In this document: positions 52,000-59,612 of the stretch, piece after piece | Layout of the letters: each line of letters starts with the position of its first letter | How positions within the stretch are numbered: the stretch's first letter is position 1 | Source of the DNA: an uncultured Acetivibrio sp. | GTDB lineage: Bacteria; Bacillota; Clostridia; Acetivibrionales; Acetivibrionaceae | Assembly: GCA_964466645.1 (NCBI GenBank) | Contig: CAYXPB010000001.1 | Span: 1 to 59,612 of the forward strand | Direction: 5' to 3' | Length of the DNA stretch: 59,612 bases | Translations under genes and position numbers: made by a program | The notes under the pieces: model-generated | Told to the model about the DNA's origin: nothing | Database searches by the model: none | Seen by the model: only the letters and a program-made list of their open reading frames with translations

Positions 52000-52476
52000 T
52001 CATATCTTCTTTCCACATATCGGGCACAAAAAGCTCTCATTGTCCAAACTAACATCAACAAATTTTCCACATTGTTTGCAATATTTTTTTACCTCATAGT
52101 TATCAGAATCATCGTATTTTTTTACTCTTTCCGTAGTTATACTATCTAAAACCATTCTTAATTCATCCCTGTCTATTGGTGTCCTGATTACTGCATTAAT
52201 CTTCTTTCGGTCAAAATCATCGATATCAATGGAATTGCTCGAGGATATTACACATTTTATATCCGGGTATTGAATTTTAATAGCGGATGCGAGCTGATCT
52301 CCGTTAATTTCTTTCATAACATAATTTGTAATTACAAAATCGGGACAAAAATCATGCACTGCTACTATTGCATTATATTCGTCAGCTACACTAACCTCAT
52401 AATTGATAGACTTCAACATATCCTTCATAACTTCATTTTGGAGTTTACTATCATTTATTATAAGAACTTTTTTCAT
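52000..52476 (-). CDS. Atypical response-regulator receiver domain with C-terminal zinc ribbon
   Basis: KKVLIINDS, PDFVITNYVM, NGDQLA; tail CKQC...CPIC. Confidence 0.75.
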   Translation of the reverse strand: MKKVLIINDSKLQNEVMKDMLKSINYEVSVADEYNAIVAVHDFCPDFVITNYVMKEINGDQLASAIKIQYPDIKCVISSSNSIDIDDFDRKKINAVIRTPIDRDELRMVLDSITTERVKKYDDSDNYEVKKYCKQCGKFVDVSLDNESFLCPICGKKI

Positions 52477-52560
52477 ATAGTGTTATCTCCTATACATGAG
52501 AAATTTATATTATGCTATTCCAACAAGTACGCATACCATTATATCACAAATTTTCATTTG

Positions 52561-53235
52561 TTATATACCCACGTGGCACATCTTCATACAAATACCACAT
52601 ACAGAGCCTCTCCCTATATGTTTGAAATTCGAATTCATATAGTCACTGCATGCCTTTGCGTCAACGATATCACTCCTGCCGCATCCTTTCGTCCAACAAT
52701 TTCCACTTAAAGCCATAGCAGGACAGCTTTTAACACACCGGTTACAGTCCCCGCATTGACTTGACATTATAGACTCGTTGCAGCTAATCTCCATATTAGT
52801 AAGTATTGTACCTAGCCGAACTCTCGGACCGTATTTAGGACTTATAAAGAGTCCACTCTTCCCTATCCACCCTAAACCCGCTTTTACTGCTGCAGTCTTA
52901 TGAGGAAAAATTCCCGAATACTTGTCGTTCATATCATTAACCGTTTGCGAAGCAGGTACCGCCAATACCTTATAACCCCTTTCCTGAATCATAAGGAGCC
53001 CTCTAAGGGTAATCTGATCAATAAGTGCATTTATAGTCCTATAGTGATGAAAGTAAGTATACGTCGGTTTATCTGTTATCTCATCAATAATAAAATCGGA
53101 AAGTCTCACGATAATTGTTATAGCGAATTTTAATTCGTTCAATTTTTCTGGTAGATTTTCACGCACATTAGAGTATCCAACCATAGATGCACCAGCTTGC
53201 TTTAAATTTGTTTCTAGTTCATTAATAAATCCCAA
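52561..53235 (-). CDS. QueG-like (epoxyqueuosine reductase family) 4Fe-4S protein
   Basis: HKTAAVKAGLGWIGKSGL, YGPRVRL, CGDCNRCVKSCP, CGICMKMC. Confidence 0.85.
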   Translation of the reverse strand: MGFINELETNLKQAGASMVGYSNVRENLPEKLNELKFAITIIVRLSDFIIDEITDKPTYTYFHHYRTINALIDQITLRGLLMIQERGYKVLAVPASQTVNDMNDKYSGIFPHKTAAVKAGLGWIGKSGLFISPKYGPRVRLGTILTNMEISCNESIMSSQCGDCNRCVKSCPAMALSGNCWTKGCGRSDIVDAKACSDYMNSNFKHIGRGSVCGICMKMCHVGI

Positions 53236-53433
53236 AATTCATTTCTCCTATCTACTTTGCTTGAAGCTCCTACTGCAATATATAATAGCATATCACTAAT
53301 AAGTTGCATAGGTGCTAGTTCCTATATCATTTCAAAAAACAAATATGGGCAATATAGCCTATACTAAACGACTGTGTTATAATAGTTTAAAAAGCTTTAA
53401 AGATTGAACTAGATATACGGTGGAGGCAAATTA

Positions 53434-53970
53434 ATGAGTACATTAAAAAATAAAGAACTTGCTGAAAACAAGCTTATACTTCTTTATATAATAAGCATGG
53501 CAAATATGCCTATAAGCAACTTACAAATTACAAAGATAATCCTTGAGAATCAGTTTATGAATTATTTTATTTTTCAACAGTTTTTAAACGAATTATGTGA
53601 ACTTGAATATTTATCCTCAGATATAATAGATAGTAAGACTTTTTATACTATAACAGCATCTGGAAAGCAAACACTCGATTACTTTACAAATCATATACCC
53701 TTTGGTGTCAAGAACAATATTGACAGAAGTATGACCGAAATAAGGAAAAGAATTCGGAATGAAACCTTGATTAAAGCAGACTATACACCAGAAAGCGAAA
53801 ATGAGTTTATTGTTAAATGTCAGGTCCATGAAGATAATTTTTCACTTATTGATTTAGAAATATCTGTTGGTACAAAAAGTGACTGTAATACTATATGCGA
53901 AAACTGGAAAAAGTTCTCCAATCAAATATATGGTGAGATACTTGAGAGCTTAATAAAAAGGAGGGAATAA
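53434..53970 (+). CDS. DUF4364 family protein
   Basis: LAENKLILLY, MNYF..QQFLNEL, YTITASG, ICENWK. Confidence 0.8.
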   Translation: MSTLKNKELAENKLILLYIISMANMPISNLQITKIILENQFMNYFIFQQFLNELCELEYLSSDIIDSKTFYTITASGKQTLDYFTNHIPFGVKNNIDRSMTEIRKRIRNETLIKADYTPESENEFIVKCQVHEDNFSLIDLEISVGTKSDCNTICENWKKFSNQIYGEILESLIKRRE

Positions 53971-54026
53971 TAAAAGGGGCTTATTATAGGCCCCGCTTCT
54001 ATTATCGATGTAATATTCTTCCGTTC

Positions 54027-54326
54027 TTATGGTAACACTAACACCTTATTCTCTTTTGACTCCTTATATAATACAAACTTGCTGCCTATAATCTGGACTA
54101 CCTCAGAGCCAGTAAGATCAGCTGCCTCATTACAAATATCCCTAGTGTCATCCACTGAATTTTTCAGAACTGAAACCTTGATAAGCTCCCTAGCTTCAAG
54201 TGCTTCATTAAATTGCTTAACCATATTTTCATTAATTCCGCCTTTGCCTACCTGAAATATAGGCTCAATACTATTAGCTAGACTTCTTAAATAACTGCGC
54301 TGTTTTCCTGTTATCATTAATTTCAT
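54027..54326 (-). CDS. yhbY: CRM-domain ribosome assembly RNA-binding protein YhbY
   Basis: TGKQRSYLRSLA, QVGKGG, LEARELIKV, VQIIG; start may be 54317. Confidence 0.92.
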   Translation of the reverse strand: MKLMITGKQRSYLRSLANSIEPIFQVGKGGINENMVKQFNEALEARELIKVSVLKNSVDDTRDICNEAADLTGSEVVQIIGSKFVLYKESKENKVLVLP

Positions 54327-54366
54327 TCTCCTCCAAAATAATTAAAAAATATAATATTCTCTTTTA

Positions 54367-54448
54367 TTTCATTCCAAGAGGCGTAATAAAAACTCCAGGG
54401 CATCGAGCCCTTCAGTTTTTGCCTCTTTCATTCCAAGAGGCGTAATAA
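54367..54448. repeat. Two identical 23-bp direct repeats around a hairpin
   Basis: TTTCATTCCAAGAGGCGTAATAA at 54367-54389 and 54426-54448. Confidence 0.85.
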
Positions 54449-54475
54449 TAGGGATAGAATAATCTATCCCTTCGT

Positions 54476-54664
54476 TCACACTTCAACCTCTTTTCGGCTT
54501 TTTCTTCTATGAACCTCGTAACTAGGTTGCCCTTTTTTCCAGCCTGTTCTGCTTTTTTCGATAACTTGTGATGTTGCTTCCTGATTCAGTACAAAGTCAT
54601 TTCTCATGGGGCAAAAATACGCTGCACTGCCGGTTTTACAATTTTCACATTTTAAGCATTCCAT
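54476..54664 (-). CDS. Small Cys-rich hypothetical protein
   Basis: MECLKCENC...FCP; hairpin AGGGATAGA...TCTATCCCT directly downstream. Confidence 0.65.
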   Translation of the reverse strand: MECLKCENCKTGSAAYFCPMRNDFVLNQEATSQVIEKSRTGWKKGQPSYEVHRRKSRKEVEV

Positions 54665-54888
54665 AACACTTACTATGACTCCTTCATTTTTATAATAGAG
54701 ATTATTATATATATATTTTACAACACAAAAAGTATGTTTGTCCAGTAGTTCTTTTTTCCCATATTTGCTTAAAACACTTCTATACCGGCTATAATAAAGC
54801 TATTCCAAAAAAACAACTTCCACAGTTATTAGGTCTAAAAGCCTATCAACAAAATTAAAAAACTTCCAAACGAAGGAGCATTAATATC

Positions 54889-56211
<1,323 letters not shown>

Positions 56212-56255
56212 TTATATAGTATATCTCATGTATAGTATATCTCATATATAAAATT

Positions 56256-56285
56256 AAAATCCCGGTATATACCGGGATTTTTTTT
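56256..56285 (-). terminator. Terminator after rpmA
   Basis: AAAATCCCGGTA-TATACCGGGATTTT hairpin. Confidence 0.7.
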
Positions 56286-56344
56286 AAAACTTATAAGACT
56301 TCTGTTTGTCAAAATAGGATTTTTAAAAAACAGTTATATTTTCA

Positions 56345-56623
56345 TTAAGCTGAAACAATACTAACCTGTTTTCTATCCTTACCTAATCTTGAGAACTTAA
56401 CCTTACCGTCTGTCAATGCGAACAATGTATCATCACTGCCTATACCTACATTAACACCAGGATGGATTTTTGTTCCTCTTTGCCTTACAATGATGTTCCC
56501 AGCTATAACTGGTTGACCATCACCTCTTTTAACTCCCAGCCTTTTTGAATGACTATCTCGACCGTTTCTGGAGCTTCCCATACCTTTTTTATGTGCAAAA
56601 AGTTGTAAATCAACTCTTATCAT
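56345..56623 (-). CDS. rpmA: 50S ribosomal protein L27 with Prp-cleaved N-terminal extension
   Basis: MIRVDLQLF|[20 protein letters not shown]. Confidence 0.97.
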   Translation of the reverse strand: MIRVDLQLFAHKKGMGSSRNGRDSHSKRLGVKRGDGQPVIAGNIIVRQRGTKIHPGVNVGIGSDDTLFALTDGKVKFSRLGKDRKQVSIVSA

Positions 56624-56626
56624 CGG

Positions 56627-56962
56627 TTACACCTCCTCATCTAACACCGATACATAATCTTCATAGGTTAATTGTAATTGTCTAAAACCTACAACTATGG
56701 TTTCAAGTATTATTCTGACTTTTTCCTTTAGCTCAGGTGAAATGTCAGTCGGCACGGAACAAATCATATAACCGTCCTCTATACCGTAATTCTTAATTCC
56801 AACCAATTCTTCAAGTGCATTTATGCCGTTATATGCAACTGTGGATACTGCAGAACAAATTATGTCCCTACCTGCTTCAGCAAATCCTGCATGTCCCTCA
56901 ACTATATACTGCCAAATAAATCCACTTTTATCCCTTACTATATTTATAGTAATCATTATCAA
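56627..56962 (-). CDS. prp: Ribosomal-processing cysteine protease Prp
   Basis: GHAG...DIICSAVS, between rplU and rpmA. Confidence 0.92.
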   Translation of the reverse strand: MIMITINIVRDKSGFIWQYIVEGHAGFAEAGRDIICSAVSTVAYNGINALEELVGIKNYGIEDGYMICSVPTDISPELKEKVRIILETIVVGFRQLQLTYEDYVSVLDEEV

Positions 56963-56970
56963 CCGTTACC

Positions 56971-57282
56971 TTAAGCGTTAATCTTTTCGATTTGTACTTT
57001 TGTATAAGGCTGTCTGTGACCATTCTTTCTCCTATAGCCTTTCTTAGGCTTATACTTGAAAACAATGATTTTCTTATCTTTACCATGGCTCAGCACTTTA
57101 GCTTGAACAGTTGCACTTGAAACATAAGGCACTCCAAAATCCACCTTATCATCATTTGAAACTGCTACAACCTTGTCAAAAGTCACAGAAGCACCTTCGT
57201 CTTGAGCTAATTTCTCAATAAAAACAACTTCACCCTCTTGAACCTTGTACTGCTTTCCACCTGTCTCGATAATTGCGTACAT
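56971..57282 (-). CDS. rplU: 50S ribosomal protein L21
   Basis: [14 protein letters not shown]...GHRQPYT; start after GGAGGT. Confidence 0.97.
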   Translation of the reverse strand: MYAIIETGGKQYKVQEGEVVFIEKLAQDEGASVTFDKVVAVSNDDKVDFGVPYVSSATVQAKVLSHGKDKKIIVFKYKPKKGYRRKNGHRQPYTKVQIEKINA

Positions 57283-57299
57283 ACTATACACCTCCCTAC

Positions 57300-57377
57300 C
57301 CAGTCTCGCCAGCAAAGGCAGCAGTTAGAAAAATCTATTTACTGCATTTTAAGGCCTATACCGTGCGGCTACCACGC
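57300..57377 (-). ncRNA. L21 leader (ribosomal protein leader RNA)
   Basis: GTAGCCGCAC...hairpin GCAGT..ACTGC...GGCGAGAC immediately upstream of the rplU RBS, as in Firmicutes L21 leaders; bounds approximate. Confidence 0.65.
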
Positions 57378-57384
57378 AATTCTA

Positions 57385-58878
57385 TCATAATAATGAGTCT
57401 ATGTCAATCTCCTTTATTTTCATATCCTGATTTTTGACCTCTTCCGACTCTTTTATCACAATCTTTTTATTGAAAGTACTTTCAATTCTTCTAAGATTTT
57501 CCCCATTCTCACCTAGCAAAACCTTTGCAACCGAGGGATGTACATCCACTTGAATTGCATTTGCAATAGTTTTTGTGAAATATTTGCTTATCTCTTTCTC
57601 GACATTTCGAGCAATTGATTCAGGTGAAAGTATCTTACCTGTACCATCACAGAGAGGGCAATCATATAATACAGTAGAGGCTAAACCCTCTCTCACCTTT
57701 TTTCTTGTCATTTCTATCAGACCAAGTCCTGTCATTCCAACAACGGTTGTCTTCGTCCGATCCTTTTTTAGTACTTGCCTTAGTGTGTCAATAATCTGTT
57801 TTTGATGTTCTATTTCGTGCATGTCAATAAAGTCAATTATTATTATACCGCCAATATCTCTAAGTCTGAGCTGTTTGGCAATCTCCTTGGCAGCATCTAT
57901 ATTTGTCCTCAGAACAGTGTCTTCAAGATTATTGTTTCCAACATACTTTCCTGTATTTACATCCACAACCGTAAGTGCTTCGGTTCTTTCAATAATTAGA
58001 TATCCTCCACACTTGAGCCACACCTTTTTTGCGAGAGCTCTTGCTATCATAGAATCTATCTGGAAATGTTCGTATAAATCAATGTTTTTGTTAAAACATT
58101 CCACTCTAAGTTTCAGAGCCGGCGATGACATCTCAACAAGCTCAAGCACTTTATTGTATTCCTGCCTGTCATTGATAATAAATTTGTCAATATTCCAGGT
58201 GAACATATCCCTTACAGCTCTGTAAATAATATTTAAATCTTTGTGAATACACCTAGGTACAGGACCGCTATGTTCACTTTTCTTTATCTTCTCCCACAAC
58301 TTAACCAAGAAATTAATATCATTTTTGAAGTCCTCTTCCCTTTTCCCCTCAGAAACTGTTCTGACAATCAAACCCATATTTTTGGGTTTTACCTTCTCAG
58401 CTATCTTCTTTAGCTTTGCCCGTTCATCTTCATCTTCTATTCTTCTTGATATACCGATATAATCGGCGTTAGGAAGAAGGACAAGCTGCCTCCCGGGAAG
58501 GGTTATATGGGTAGTAACCCTCGGACCTTTAGTACCTATTGGTTCTTTTGTGACTTGTACCGTTATTTCCTGACCTGGTCGCAATATCTCTTCAATGTTA
58601 TAACCCTTCATATCGTTATACATTTCTTCTTCATCTTCAGAGAATTCTTTTTGTGACACAGCGTCTCCAACATATAAAAAAGCATTTTTTTCAAACCCGA
58701 TATCTATAAAAGCTGCCTGCATACCGGGTAAAACGCTGCTCACTTTTCCTCTGTAAATATTTCCGGCCAGTCTTTCTGAATCATTTCTTTCAATAAATAC
58801 TTCTACAAGATCTTTGTCTTCTAAAAGTGCAACTCTTTTCTCGTTCAGACCCACATCTACAATTATCTCACTAACCAT
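57385..58878 (-). CDS. rng: Rne/Rng family ribonuclease (RNase G-like)
   Basis: GNIYRGKV..VLPGMQAAFIDIG, VDVNTGK, LRLRDIGGIIIIDFIDM, GLIEMTRK. Confidence 0.93.
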   Translation of the reverse strand: MVSEIIVDVGLNEKRVALLEDKDLVEVFIERNDSERLAGNIYRGKVSSVLPGMQAAFIDIGFEKNAFLYVGDAVSQKEFSEDEEEMYNDMKGYNIEEILRPGQEITVQVTKEPIGTKGPRVTTHITLPGRQLVLLPNADYIGISRRIEDEDERAKLKKIAEKVKPKNMGLIVRTVSEGKREEDFKNDINFLVKLWEKIKKSEHSGPVPRCIHKDLNIIYRAVRDMFTWNIDKFIINDRQEYNKVLELVEMSSPALKLRVECFNKNIDLYEHFQIDSMIARALAKKVWLKCGGYLIIERTEALTVVDVNTGKYVGNNNLEDTVLRTNIDAAKEIAKQLRLRDIGGIIIIDFIDMHEIEHQKQIIDTLRQVLKKDRTKTTVVGMTGLGLIEMTRKKVREGLASTVLYDCPLCDGTGKILSPESIARNVEKEISKYFTKTIANAIQVDVHPSVAKVLLGENGENLRRIESTFNKKIVIKESEEVKNQDMKIKEIDIDSLL

Positions 58879-58887
58879 ATTCCCACC

Positions 58888-59612
58888 TCATATAGCTAAT
58901 AATTCGTTATCAAGAGGGTTCAGTGTTCTTTCCCCTTTATCAATATAAAGACCTACGCGATGTACCTTTAAAACATCCAAATCAAAGCCTGTCTTTTCGC
59001 CAAAGGCTTTTAAAGCAAATTCCGGCTTTAGATTTGCCATACTGCCAGCACTAAGAAGTAAAGAAAAAACGTAATAACCTTTTAACTCCTTTACTTCCTT
59101 TAAATCGTAAAAATCCTTTAATTTATCTATATACTCAAAAAGAGCTATATTCGGAGTTTGTATATCCTTATTTCCCTCAATAGTAATACTTCCATTTTCT
59201 ATATAGCTTGTACTGAATTCATGAATCATAGGTCTTATATTAACATCTTTAACTTTTCCTTTACTTTCCTTTTTAATAATAAGCTCACTATTATCCAAAA
59301 AACGTAGTATATTTTCATTAACTTCGTCCATCTTAGGATTTTGATCTATTGCAACCAAAACCTCATAAGACGCCTTAGAAATTGACGCCATAATATTAGA
59401 TTTTGATGCCCTTATTTTAGCATCTAAAAGCTTTAACCCTTCCGGAAGCTGCTTATTTAAAATTTCAGCAAATTGTCCTGGTTCCATATCTTCACTAAGC
59501 TCAAAATCCACATACTCTGAACTACTAGTCACTCCCACCGATAAAGGCAGTCCAAATACAATCTGTGGATGAGGATTAAACCCTTGAGAATAGTAAATGG
59601 GTATCCTAGCAC
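58888..59612 (-). CDS. Radical SAM-linked protein (TIGR03936/DUF2344-like), 5' end outside the window
   Basis: Frame extends to the window edge: ARIPIYYSQGFNPHPQIVFGLPLSVGVTSSSEYVD...LNKQLPEG; usual position upstream of rng. Confidence 0.85.
   Translation of the reverse strand, partial: ARIPIYYSQGFNPHPQIVFGLPLSVGVTSSSEYVDFELSEDMEPGQFAEILNKQLPEGLKLLDAKIRASKSNIMASISKASYEVLVAIDQNPKMDEVNENILRFLDNSELIIKKESKGKVKDVNIRPMIHEFSTSYIENGSITIEGNKDIQTPNIALFEYIDKLKDFYDLKEVKELKGYYVFSLLLSAGSMANLKPEFALKAFGEKTGFDLDVLKVHRVGLYIDKGERTLNPLDNELLAI

Noticed and set aside
54367-54448. 23-bp repeat / 36-bp spacer / 23-bp repeat as a minimal CRISPR array
   Set aside because: Only two repeats, the spacer is itself a hairpin that pairs with the repeats, and there are no cas genes in the window.
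56345-57282. L27 N-terminal extension and the protease gene between rplU and rpmA as a novelty
   Set aside because: This is the established Firmicutes Prp/L27 processing system.

Overview
AT-rich Firmicutes chromosome segment. Gene content (GerMN lipoprotein, Prp-processed L27, copper-amine-oxidase-N/AMIN amidase, LTA synthase) suggests an Acetivibrio/Ruminiclostridium-like clostridium, which is an inference. Most of the window is housekeeping: sugar ABC transporter, rph-rdgB, tRNA-Gly/tRNA-Arg, galE, ruvCAB, argGH, obgE, rplU-prp-rpmA and rng. Four accessory features stand out. (1) A ~9.7 kb Tn7-like element between a pilM-like gene and a cell-wall amidase. It carries tnsA-tnsB-tnsC-tniQ, a divergent serine resolvase with a 50-bp palindromic res-like site, ECF sigma/anti-sigma/amidase cargo and one TGT end with repeated TnsB-type sites. 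Its tnsA is split at an A_AAA_AAC slippery run and its tnsC has one in-frame TAA. (2) A four-gene cluster of degenerate SF1 helicase, intact UvrD-like helicase, stand-alone four-Cys PD-(D/E)xK nuclease and RecJ, resembling a split AddAB/AdnAB end-processing machine. (3) A ~100-bp MITE-like dispersed repeat associated with TAA, often at stop codons. (4) An internally deleted tyrosine integrase relic at tRNA-Arg. No CRISPR array or rRNA was seen. All calls come from reading motifs by eye; no database search was run.
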